Source of the DNA: Candidatus Omnitrophota bacterium
Lineage (GTDB): Bacteria; Omnitrophota; Gorgyraeia; Zapsychrales; Fredricksoniimonadaceae
Assembly: GCA_015233675.1 (NCBI GenBank)
Contig: JADFXH010000002.1
Span: forward strand, 206,794-270,793
DNA: 64,000 nucleotides
Reading direction: 5' to 3'
Under the pieces are notes generated by a model. The model searched no databases. It was not told where the DNA came from and saw only the letters and a list, made by a program, of their open reading frames with translations. Shown piece by piece: positions 18,234 to 26,288 of the stretch (positions are counted from its first letter, which is position 1; each line of letters begins with the position of its first letter). The position numbers and the translations under genes were made by a program.

Positions 18234-18710
18234 ATGGCCAATGAAGTTTATTTAACCAGAGCGGGTTTCCATAAACTCCAGACCCAGCTGGAAACTCTTA
18301 AAACTACGGAGCGTCAAAAAATCGCCAAGGCCATTGGTGAGGCTCGTGCCCAGGGCGATATTTCCGAGAACGCGGAATATGACGCGGCTAAAGAGGCCCA
18401 AGCGCATAATGAATCGCGCATTGCCGAGCTGGAAGGGAAGCTGGCTCTGGTACGCATTATTGAGAATGAGAACATCCCTTCGGATAAGATTTTTATCGGC
18501 GCTATTGTCACCATGCAGGATTTGGACAATGATGAAGAGCTGACATATATGTTAGTTTCGCCGGAAGAAGCCAGTTATGAGGAGAATAAGATCTCCATTT
18601 ATTCGCCTATCGGTAAGGGATTAATGGGGCATAAGGCGGGTGAGTCTTTGGAGATAAAGGTGCCGGCCGGAATTTTAAAATACAAGATCAAAAATATCAA
18701 GCGCCCATAG
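18234..18710 (+). CDS. greA: Transcription elongation factor GreA
   Basis: YLTRAGFHKLQTQLETLK...AIGEARAQGDISENAEYDAAKEAQ, 158 aa. Confidence 0.93.
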   Translation: MANEVYLTRAGFHKLQTQLETLKTTERQKIAKAIGEARAQGDISENAEYDAAKEAQAHNESRIAELEGKLALVRIIENENIPSDKIFIGAIVTMQDLDNDEELTYMLVSPEEASYEENKISIYSPIGKGLMGHKAGESLEIKVPAGILKYKIKNIKRP

Positions 18711-18727
18711 GGCTAATGAAAATTTAT

Positions 18728-20143
18728 TTATTGTTTTTTGGCCGGAGCAGGAGTAAGTAAGGCCACGCCGATCCATAAGACGATCGTCGGCACCAGCGTG
18801 AACAGGATGCGCGAGAGAGTAGTCGAAAGCCACCAGTTGATTTCGAAGAAAGTATTAACAGCGTAATAAGCCATCACTACTGCTAGATAAAGGATCAGGC
18901 TTGCCCCCATCAGGCCCAGGGTTGATTGCCACAATCTTCTTCCAGCTAATAAAACGCCCCCTAGAGTCAACAGCCAAAAGCCGTTCCATTTGCCAGAAAT
19001 AAATTCAAAGCAGGGATAGATTAAAATGACGATCAGGCGCCCCCAACTGGCTGGCTTTTCCATCGATGTCAGCCCGTTGATGAATGCTTCATTTTTGGGA
19101 GCCATGAAAAGTGTAAAAATAATGGTGGGCAAAATCGCGATAAAAAACGAGAAAAGAAGAGGCTTTAATTCTTTTTTGTGAGAGCGTTCATGCCAAAATA
19201 TACCTAAGGCCATGATACAAGCGGCTATTAACCCTTCGTTTTTGGTAAAGCTCATCAGTCCCAGGAATGCCATGCTTAATATTTTTAATTTTGGCAGTTT
19301 ATATTTTTCTGCCAACAGTAAAGATATAAAGGCTGACAACAGAAATAGACCAAGCAAGGCATCGCTGTATTGGCTTGTGTATAACGTTACGCCGAGAGGT
19401 AAAGCTGTTACAACGACAGCAGCCAGTATTGAAGGCAGAATCATGCCGGTTAATTCAAAAATCCCAAAAAGTAAAATCCCGGCGGTCAGTAGTGCAAAAA
19501 CGATGCTGTTAAACATAGGGACTGCCTGATTAAACCGCCCGCTTAAATCCCAAAACCACACATTGATCAGAGGCCAAAGGATCGGATAATGCGTATTACT
19601 GCGCCATAATCCCGGGGAAAGCATATCCTTCCAGTTTTCTTTTCCTAAAAAGATAAATTTTGCTTTCAGGTTCCAGCAGGACCATGCATCCCATCCGCCT
19701 AGAGGATAATAATGGGCGCTGATCACTAAAGGAATAGCTAGAACGCACAAGGCCAGCAGTCCTAAGGCATATTTTTTTATTCTACCATTGTGACGAGTAT
19801 TTTTTAGCAAAGTGTCATTGCGAGGAACGTTTTTCAGCGACGAAGCAATCTCTTTGAAAAGATTGTTTCGCTTAGCTCGCAATGACACTAGTTGAAGCTG
19901 TTCACGGGACTGAATTATATATAAAATTAAAATAACTAGAGTCACGATTCCTACGGGAAGAAAGCGGTTGAACTGATTAAACAGTATATGCGTGTAAAAA
20001 ACTGTATAGCCATCTATACCTAAGCCAAATACCAAGCCTAATAAAATGTGCGGGATCAGATTAAGGCGACCGGCTATCAAGAGGCGTATTGAAAAGAAAC
20101 CCACAGCTAAACTAATAAGGATGCCCAAAAAATAAATCATCAA
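18728..20143 (-). CDS. Polytopic membrane protein, GT-C-fold (ArnT/PMT-like) glycosyltransferase candidate, carrying an in-frame palindromic-element insertion
   Basis: 471 aa with more than 10 hydrophobic spans. Loop after the third span is encoded by the repeat at 19813-19888. Confidence 0.5.
   Translation of the reverse strand: MMIYFLGILISLAVGFFSIRLLIAGRLNLIPHILLGLVFGLGIDGYTVFYTHILFNQFNRFLPVGIVTLVILILYIIQSREQLQLVSLRAKRNNLFKEIASSLKNVPRNDTLLKNTRHNGRIKKYALGLLALCVLAIPLVISAHYYPLGGWDAWSCWNLKAKFIFLGKENWKDMLSPGLWRSNTHYPILWPLINVWFWDLSGRFNQAVPMFNSIVFALLTAGILLFGIFELTGMILPSILAAVVVTALPLGVTLYTSQYSDALLGLFLLSAFISLLLAEKYKLPKLKILSMAFLGLMSFTKNEGLIAACIMALGIFWHERSHKKELKPLLFSFFIAILPTIIFTLFMAPKNEAFINGLTSMEKPASWGRLIVILIYPCFEFISGKWNGFWLLTLGGVLLAGRRLWQSTLGLMGASLILYLAVVMAYYAVNTFFEINWWLSTTLSRILFTLVPTIVLWIGVALLTPAPAKKQ
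19813..19888. repeat. GTCATT...AATGAC palindromic element (full copy) inside a CDS
   Basis: GTGTCATTGCGAG..CGACGAAGCAATCTC-TTTGAAAA-GATTGTTTCGCTTAGCTCGCAATGACAC. Terminal and internal inverted repeats read directly. Translated in-frame as VSLRAKRNNLFKEIASSLKNVPRNDT. Confidence 0.8.
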
Positions 20144-20551
20144 CTAAATACCATTGGGGTTAAATGCTAAAATAATACCATGATTGATTTTTAACGGCCT
20201 AAATCCTAAACGTTGGATAACCTGCATGGCCGCCTGAGGGCTCGTGCAATCAAAAATATCCCAGCGGTACTGGGTATGGTTAAGGTCCAACACAGTTGGT
20301 GTCAGCATGAATTGAGCTTGTTCGAATTGGGCTACGGCCAATGGGTTGGTAAGGTCCTTATCCGTATAATATCCGACGGTACGTGTCCCCTTAAAAATAT
20401 TTTCTAACCCCATGAACTGAAGTCCCAGGCTGTGCAGGGGAATGGTTGTACGATCCTGGAGTTGGGCAATTGCGTTAGCATATGCCTGAAAAAGATCAAA
20501 CACAGATGCTAAAATCAAGCATGTTAAGAAAATAATTTTTAAATTCCGCAT
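20144..20551 (-). CDS. Secreted hypothetical protein
   Basis: 135 aa with an N-terminal signal-like segment. Its stop abuts the start of the downstream membrane protein with zero gap, suggesting an operon. Confidence 0.5.
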   Translation of the reverse strand: MRNLKIIFLTCLILASVFDLFQAYANAIAQLQDRTTIPLHSLGLQFMGLENIFKGTRTVGYYTDKDLTNPLAVAQFEQAQFMLTPTVLDLNHTQYRWDIFDCTSPQAAMQVIQRLGFRPLKINHGIILAFNPNGI

Positions 20552-20825
20552 AGGAAAGCTATTCTAATGCAAAGGTGAAGCAATTGACAATCAATAAATT
20601 CCGCGCCTCAGATTACCTTAAATTATGCCTATTTCAAATATATTCAAAAAAATTTGGTGTTTGTGAAAATGATTCTAATTATTATCTAAAAAGATTTGCC
20701 CAAAGAAAGACTTTGGGTTTTAGGAGAGATTCAGTATAATGTGATAAAATTTATAATTCGATCCCCTCATGCTTGTGATGACTTATGGAAGTCCTTAGTA
20801 TGAGAAAGGGGAAGGGGGCAAAAAG

Positions 20826-21839
20826 ATGATTTCAGTTGGTGTTATAGGTTGCGGGCATTGGGGGCCTAATCATGTCCGTATATTTTCCCAGTTGGTTAAT
20901 TCCCGAGTTTTGATGTGCGCGGATTTGGATGAAAAACGAATGGCCGCCATACAAGCTCTTTTCCCTGAAATTCTTACAACCAGGGACTACAAAGATATTT
21001 TGAATAACTCTGCCATTGACGCAGTAGTGGTGGCGGTTCCGACCAATTACCATTTTAAAATTACTGAAGCAGCGTTGAGGGCAGGCAAACATGTACTGTG
21101 CGAAAAACCTTTAGCTATGAGTGCACAAGAATGTTTGCAGTTAGGCGATTTGGCCCAATCTGTCGGTAAAATATTGATGACGGGACACATTTTTGTTTTT
21201 AATCAAGGCATAGTTAAATTACGTGAGTACATATCTTTAGGGGAAATGGGCAAGGTGCATTATGCGCATTCCGAGCGTACCAATCTGGGGCCTTTTCGTT
21301 ATGACGTCAATGCTCTTTGGGATTTAGCCCCCCATGATATTTCAATCTTTAATTTTCTTTTCAATAGCGCCCCTATATCGGTCTCAGCACGTGGTCATAA
21401 ATGCCTGGGAGGTAATTTGGAAGATTTGGGATTTGCCACTATTGACTATCCTGATGGTGTCATGGTTAATGTTCACGTCAGCTGGTTGGACCCTAAAAAG
21501 GTACGTCAGATTACCGTCGTAGGAAGCCAGAAAATGGTGGTGTGGGATGATTTGGATACCGAGGGACCTATTAAACTTTACGACAAGCACGTTGAAAAGA
21601 CATCTGTTTATTATGAAACCTATGGAGAGTTTCAATTGCTTTCCCGTGAGGGCAGTATTACGATCCCTAAGATCGGTTTTAATGAGCCTTTAAAAACGCA
21701 AGCGCAGTATTTTATCCAGTGTGTTGAAAAGAACCAGCCGCCGTTGTTAGCTGATGCCGGCAAGGCAGCGGATGTGGTGCGTACTCTTGCTGCTATCGGG
21801 GAATCCATTAATCGTAAAGGCGAGATAGTTAAGATTTAG
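20826..21839 (+). CDS. Gfo/Idh/MocA-family sugar-nucleotide oxidoreductase (WbpB-like)
   Basis: Rossmann N-terminus VGVIGCGHWGPNH and the family motif HVLCEKPLA. Confidence 0.8.
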   Translation: MISVGVIGCGHWGPNHVRIFSQLVNSRVLMCADLDEKRMAAIQALFPEILTTRDYKDILNNSAIDAVVVAVPTNYHFKITEAALRAGKHVLCEKPLAMSAQECLQLGDLAQSVGKILMTGHIFVFNQGIVKLREYISLGEMGKVHYAHSERTNLGPFRYDVNALWDLAPHDISIFNFLFNSAPISVSARGHKCLGGNLEDLGFATIDYPDGVMVNVHVSWLDPKKVRQITVVGSQKMVVWDDLDTEGPIKLYDKHVEKTSVYYETYGEFQLLSREGSITIPKIGFNEPLKTQAQYFIQCVEKNQPPLLADAGKAADVVRTLAAIGESINRKGEIVKI

Positions 21840-21873
21840 TAAGGATATATAAATACGGGTAAGGGGGAATTGT

Positions 21874-22428
21874 ATGATTTTTTTCAAACATGAACGTGCA
21901 CTGGTTCATCCTAACGCACAAATTGGCGAGGGCACCCGTATATGGGCCAATGCCAATATTCTGGAAGGTGCCATCATAGGAGAGCATTGTAATATTTGTG
22001 ACGGCTGTTATGTTGAAAAAGGGGCTCTCGTTGGCAATCATGTGACCTTGAAAAATGGCGTGGCTCTTTTCGACGGGGTGATTTTGCTGGATGATGTATT
22101 TGTCGGTGCCGGAGTAGCTTTTATTAATGACCGCAACCCGCGCAGTCATCGCAGTGATCCGTGGGCCTTAGAAAAGACCCTGGTTCGCAAGGGGGCTACA
22201 ATCGGGGCCAATGCCACGGTGATGTGCGGCGTAACTATAGGGTCTTATGCTGTCGTCGGTGCGGGCTGTGTGGTCACCAAGGATGTTCCTGACTATACCA
22301 TTGTCATCGGTAACCCTGGGAAGCCTGCGGGACATGCCTGCCGTTGCGGCCGTACTTTAAAAGATAAATTTAAATGCGCCTGCGGCGCTTCCTACCAAAT
22401 CAGTAACAATAAAGTTATTCCTTTATGA
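21874..22428 (+). CDS. Left-handed beta-helix (hexapeptide) N-acetyltransferase (WbpD/WxcM-like)
   Basis: Repeated hexapeptide pattern (IGEGTRIWANANI, IGEHCNICDGCYV, IGANATVMCGVTIG, VVGAGCVV). C-terminal CxC..CxC tail. Confidence 0.8.
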   Translation: MIFFKHERALVHPNAQIGEGTRIWANANILEGAIIGEHCNICDGCYVEKGALVGNHVTLKNGVALFDGVILLDDVFVGAGVAFINDRNPRSHRSDPWALEKTLVRKGATIGANATVMCGVTIGSYAVVGAGCVVTKDVPDYTIVIGNPGKPAGHACRCGRTLKDKFKCACGASYQISNNKVIPL

Positions 22429-23162
22429 GCCCTAAAGTTTTAGTCGTTCCGGTAGCCTATAATGAGAAAATTAAGTTACGTAATGTTATTGAAAGGTTTC
22501 TTACTAGCCAGATGCCTTCACTGGCGGATTATTTGATTGTGGATGATGGTTCGGATGACGGCACGACGGAAATGATCGCTTCATACAGGGATCGCGGGGT
22601 CATGAGTATCAAGCATCAGCAACGCCGCGGAGTAGGAGCGGCTATACGAACGGGCATTGAATATGCCAGAGCTCAGGGGTATGACATTATTGTTATCATG
22701 GCCGGTAATGACAAAGATAATCCTCAAGAGATCCCTCAACTTTTGGGACCTATTATCAGCGAAGATTATGATTTGGTGCAAGGGTCCCGGTATTTGGGTA
22801 AAGTGGGCTCCGGTGGGCAAATGCCTTTTTACCGAAAGTTTGCCACTCGCCTTCACCCCTGGGTCTTTTCGCTTTTTAGCGGCCGTCATCTTACGGATAC
22901 CACCAATGGTTTCAGGTCCATAAGGCTTGGTATTTTTGACGACGAACGCATTAATCTTAAGCAGGAATGGCTGGATACCTATGAATTAGAGCCTTATATT
23001 TTATGGAAGGTGATCACCTTAGGGTATAAATATACTGAAGCGTTCGTGACCAAGATCTATCCGCCTAAAAAATTGGGCGGCTATACAAAGATGGTCCCTT
23101 TTGTCAGCTGGTGGAGCATCCTAAAACCGCTCTTTTACTTGCGTTTGGGCATTAAGAAGTGA
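22425..23162 (+). CDS. Family 2 glycosyltransferase
   Basis: VLVVPVAYNEK...YLIVDDGSDDGT... DxD-type GT2 N-terminal domain. ATGA overlap with the upstream gene. Confidence 0.8.
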   Translation: MSPKVLVVPVAYNEKIKLRNVIERFLTSQMPSLADYLIVDDGSDDGTTEMIASYRDRGVMSIKHQQRRGVGAAIRTGIEYARAQGYDIIVIMAGNDKDNPQEIPQLLGPIISEDYDLVQGSRYLGKVGSGGQMPFYRKFATRLHPWVFSLFSGRHLTDTTNGFRSIRLGIFDDERINLKQEWLDTYELEPYILWKVITLGYKYTEAFVTKIYPPKKLGGYTKMVPFVSWWSILKPLFYLRLGIKK

Positions 23163-23183
23163 ATGTTAGTGCCATTGAAGCCA

Positions 23184-23220
23184 GTGTCGTTGCGAGAAGT
23201 GAAGCGACGAAGCATCAATC
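23184..23220. repeat. Half copy (left arm) of the GTCATT palindromic element family
   Basis: GTGTCGTTGCGAGAAGTGAAGCGACGAAGCATCAATC aligns to the left arm of the element at 19813. Confidence 0.6.
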
Positions 23221-23355
23221 TTTTGCTATGAAGGGAATTTATTCTTTTTGTTCCTGGTGCAATTGTAGCGTGATGGATGGACAGGTATTCAAGGCGTTAT
23301 TTATAAACAGATTATCTGTTTTGGATAGGCGCTGCAGATTGCTAAGGAAGGGGAA

Positions 23356-23733
23356 ATGGAAACAAGGGCCACATGTTTGAACTGTATGGATGGTCGTGTA
23401 CAGTTGCCGGTCTTAATGTGGATTAAAGCTAGTTATCCTGTCGATTTTGTTGATGTGATTACTGAAGCGGGGATGGACCGTGTTTTAGCTAAACAGGAGG
23501 ATATCTCCGAAATTTTACGTAGTATTGAAGTTTCAGTCAAACTTAATAAGTCTACTCGTCTTTTTATTGTTGGTCATTATGATTGTCGGGGCAATCCTAT
23601 TGATGAAAGCGACCATCATAGGGAGATTATTAAAGCTGTCAAACGATTGAGGCAGATTTGTCCATCTCAAGAAGTGGTTGGACTTTGGGTTAATAATAAG
23701 TGGCAGATTGAACTAGTGAGTGAGACGTGGTAG
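23356..23733 (+). CDS. Small protein with beta-carbonic-anhydrase-like zinc motifs
   Basis: 125 aa. CMDGR (C-x-D-x-R) near the N-terminus and GHYDCRG (H-x-x-C) match the beta-CA ligand pattern. Strong RBS AGGAAGGGG. Confidence 0.4.
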   Translation: METRATCLNCMDGRVQLPVLMWIKASYPVDFVDVITEAGMDRVLAKQEDISEILRSIEVSVKLNKSTRLFIVGHYDCRGNPIDESDHHREIIKAVKRLRQICPSQEVVGLWVNNKWQIELVSETW

Positions 23734-23734
23734 T

Positions 23735-23790
23735 AATAATTAGTGTCAATAATTAGTGTCTGACACTATTTATCATGACACTATTTATCA
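23735..23790. repeat. Composite repeat module 1: 2x AATAATTAGTGTC followed by 2x TGACACTATTTATCA
   Basis: Read directly. The central dyad GTGTC-T-GACAC is formed where the oppositely oriented units meet. Confidence 0.85.
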
Positions 23791-23804
23791 CGGAACGAGT
23801 GCAA

Positions 23805-24026
23805 ATGGAAAATAAAGAGCTACAACATTGTTGGGAGTTTCGGAACTGCCAAGAAGAAATAAGGAGGCAGTGCCCTGGCTTTATTTATCCAGATGAAAAG
23901 TGCTGGATGATTGCATCCCATATTAGTGGAAAATGGTGCCCAAAGGCAAAAGGCAAAGGGATTATGTATTGTGTAGAGGAATGTGGGTGGTATAAGAAAT
24001 TGAATCCGAAGGCCAACCCATCTTAA
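23805..24026 (+). CDS. Two-CW-domain-like small Cys-rich protein
   Basis: MENKELQHCWEFRNCQEEIRRQCPGFIYPDEKCWMIASHISGKWC...CVEECGWY matches the remembered NCWE(F/Y)xxC...CP...CW pattern. The ORF track start at 23775 lies inside the repeat module. Confidence 0.5.
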   Translation: MENKELQHCWEFRNCQEEIRRQCPGFIYPDEKCWMIASHISGKWCPKAKGKGIMYCVEECGWYKKLNPKANPS

Positions 24027-24054
24027 TTAACTGTCCACAGTTTAGGGGAAGAGC

Positions 24055-24092
24055 AATTAGTGTCTGACACTATTTATGTGACACTATTTATG
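24055..24092. repeat. Composite repeat module 2: AATTAGTGTC followed by 2x TGACACTATTTATG
   Basis: Read directly. Same architecture as modules 1 and 3. Confidence 0.85.
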
Positions 24093-24136
24093 AAAAAAAT
24101 GGTCTTAAGCGGTCCTAAGAGGACATTGAAGGAAAG

Positions 24137-24619
24137 TTGAAAATGGAAGCTGTTTTAAATTATTATCACTTCATTTTGGCACGGATGGATCCCGTTAATT
24201 TAATAATAGGTTTTATAGTTGTTTTTTTTGTGGTATTTCTTATTTTTAGAATTATCAAAGAAAAAGAATTAGGAAAATATTTATTACAATATGGAGAAGA
24301 GTTAGAGGCAGAAGTGAAATTAATAGATTGCGGCTACCGCAGATTATATTATCGTGTAGAAGTTAGTTTTCAGATAAACGGTCAAACTATAGTAAAAAGA
24401 ATGTCTGTTTATAGTTTTCTTAATTGGTTTCAAGGACAAGCAATAGGAGCATCCAGGAAATTTCCTGTGCTAGTAGATCCTACTAATCCAAATAGGTTTC
24501 TATTTAACATACATAAGTTTGAATTAAAAGAAACATCTGACGATTCCATCCAAAACTTTTTAGAAAGAGAGAAGGCGGAAAATCCAGATATTGAAGATGA
24601 CAAGGATTTAAATAAATAG
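24137..24619 (+). CDS. Membrane-anchored DUF3592-like protein
   Basis: One N-terminal TM (LIIGFIVVFFVVFLIF), then a beta-rich domain ending PVLVDPTNPNRFLF, typical of DUF3592. Start is TTG 24137 or ATG 24143. Confidence 0.5.
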   Translation: MKMEAVLNYYHFILARMDPVNLIIGFIVVFFVVFLIFRIIKEKELGKYLLQYGEELEAEVKLIDCGYRRLYYRVEVSFQINGQTIVKRMSVYSFLNWFQGQAIGASRKFPVLVDPTNPNRFLFNIHKFELKETSDDSIQNFLEREKAENPDIEDDKDLNK

Positions 24620-24638
24620 TGGCGTATATCTATTCTTT

Positions 24639-24693
24639 AATAATTAGTGTCTGACACTACTTATGTGACACTACTTATGTGACACTATTTATG
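24639..24693. repeat. Composite repeat module 3: AATAATTAGTGTC followed by 3x TGACACTAYTTATG
   Basis: Read directly. Ends 12 nt before the hairpin element at 24706. Confidence 0.85.
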
Positions 24694-24705
24694 TGGAATG
24701 TTTGC

Positions 24706-24878
24706 ATGGATGAATAGGTATTATATATTCGGCACATTCAGGAATTTTTTGCCAAATGTCTGCGAAGATTTACAACAATTTTGTTCCAAATGAAGAGAAT
24801 CTTTAGAACAAAATTGTCGTAAACTGAAGCAGACGGCAAAAATATTCCGTGCCGAATATATAACACCTATTCATCCAT
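24706..24878. repeat. Long near-perfect hairpin element, copy 2 (inverted relative to copy 1)
   Basis: Outer arms ATGGATGAATAGGTATTATATATTCGGCAC (24706-24735) and 24849-24878 pair with one mismatch. Bulge ATTCA. The core is the reverse complement of the copy 1 core. Confidence 0.85.
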
Positions 24879-24938
24879 CACGCACGCTTGGATGCCTGAT
24901 AGAAGCATTTGGGAATGAAAATTTAGAAACGGAGAAAA

Positions 24939-25655
24939 ATGAAACTTTACGGTAAGAATCCAGTTATTGAACGTTTGAAGTCTAATCCTAAGTCAATAAG
25001 CCGTGTCATGATCGATGAGAACCATGTGGATTTGGCATATATCCGCAAAAAATGCCATCAATGGGGTATTAGTGTAACAACGGTGCCGCATTCTAAAATC
25101 CAGAGAATGGCCCAGAATTTGAATACTCAGGGCATTCTGGCGGATATTGAAGATTTCGCTTATGTGCCGCTTGATGATCTGCTGGATCATGCCATAGAAA
25201 AAAAGCGCACGCCTGTTTTTCTGGATAACCTGAATGATCCTCAGAATTTGGGGGGGATTATCCGCAGTTGTGGCGCTTTGGGCGTATTTGATATAGTTCT
25301 TCCGACAACAGAATCAGTCAGCGTGACCGAATCTGTTTTAAGGGTAGCCTGCGGCGGTGAGAATTATTTGAGTGTTGCCCGGGTAAACAATTTAGGCAAT
25401 GCTATTGAGAAAGCGAAAAAAATGGGGTTTTGGATCATCGGTACCGTTGTGGAAGAAGCCCGCAGCCTTACGGAAGTCACATTACAATTTCCCTTAGGGC
25501 TTGTGATGGGATCTGAGGAAAAAGGGGTCAGGGACATTATCCGTAAGAAACTGGATTTGGAAGCGATGATCCCTATGAAGAATCAGCGAATGTCGCTTAA
25601 TGTCGCCCATGCGACGTCTATGGTGTGCTATGAAATCATCCGTCAGAAAAAATAA
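24939..25655 (+). CDS. rlmB: TrmH/SpoU-family 23S rRNA 2'-O-methyltransferase (RlmB-like)
   Basis: LYGKNPVIERLKSNP N-terminal L30e-like part. SpoU motifs LDNLNDPQNLGGIIRS, LVMGSEEKGV, IPM..SLNVAHA. Confidence 0.85.
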   Translation: MKLYGKNPVIERLKSNPKSISRVMIDENHVDLAYIRKKCHQWGISVTTVPHSKIQRMAQNLNTQGILADIEDFAYVPLDDLLDHAIEKKRTPVFLDNLNDPQNLGGIIRSCGALGVFDIVLPTTESVSVTESVLRVACGGENYLSVARVNNLGNAIEKAKKMGFWIIGTVVEEARSLTEVTLQFPLGLVMGSEEKGVRDIIRKKLDLEAMIPMKNQRMSLNVAHATSMVCYEIIRQKK

Positions 25656-26238
25656 ACCAGCCGCCTCTGAAGTTGCCGCTCTTAATTTTTTTGCCGAAGC
25701 AGGGCTTTTAAAACGGGTTAAACGCAGCGGCTGGTGGGTAGCCGGCATTGAAAATCCCGAAACCGTCGCGGAACACTGTTTTCGCTGTGCGGTCATTGGT
25801 TATTACATCGCCTATTGTGAAGGAGTTGATCCATTTCGAGTCGTGACCATGACACTATTTAATGATATTCATGAGGCCCGCATCAATGATCTGCATAAAA
25901 TGGGGCATCATTATATTGATTTTCGCCCCGCAGAACAAAAAGTTTTTGCTGACCAGACTGCCTATTTAGAAAAAAAGGTCAAAGTAGCTTTACAGACAAT
26001 GCGCGAGGATTATGATCGTCAACTTTCCCGTGAGAGCATTGTAGCCCGTGATGCTGACATCTTAGAATGCCTGATTCAAGCCAAAGAATATGTGGATAAC
26101 GGTTATCCGGTAGCGCGGACTTTTTTTAAACGGGCCCCAGACCACTTAAAGACTTTAACCGCCCGTCAATTATGGAAGCAGGCACTTTCCTGGGATAGCC
26201 ATGAGTGGTGGCAGAACGTGGTTAAATTCGAACGATAG
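25630..26238 (+). CDS. HD-domain (YfbR/HDDC2-like) phosphohydrolase homologue with N-D in place of H-D
   Basis: LKRVKRSGW...ENPETVAEHCFRCAVIG...TLFNDIHEARINDL...ARDADILECLIQA aligns with the YfbR motif order. Confidence 0.7.
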   Translation: MKSSVRKNKPAASEVAALNFFAEAGLLKRVKRSGWWVAGIENPETVAEHCFRCAVIGYYIAYCEGVDPFRVVTMTLFNDIHEARINDLHKMGHHYIDFRPAEQKVFADQTAYLEKKVKVALQTMREDYDRQLSRESIVARDADILECLIQAKEYVDNGYPVARTFFKRAPDHLKTLTARQLWKQALSWDSHEWWQNVVKFER

Positions 26239-26288
26239 AATTTCATTCTGTATTTTGTGCCTTAAACTTTCAGTGGTAACATATTGTT

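Noticed and set aside
23159-23380. 73-aa ORF between the GT2 gene and the small-gene island
   Set aside because: Its N-terminus (..VVARSEATKHQS..) is simply the translation of a half palindromic element (23184-23220), and it overlaps the better-supported start at 23356.
23735-24693. Integron-like gene cassette array (small ORFs separated by imperfect palindromic sites)
   Set aside because: No IntI-type tyrosine recombinase or attI is present in the window. The inter-gene modules lack the attC R''-L''/L'-R' organisation and length. The idea is retained only as a generic binding-site or recombination-site possibility in the findings.
25848-25862. 14-nt match (ATGACACTATTTAA) to the island repeat unit inside the HD-domain gene
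   Set aside because: It is a single unit without the inverted partner or tandem copies. It encodes conserved-looking residues (TMTLFND) of the HD motif region, so it is most likely coincidental.
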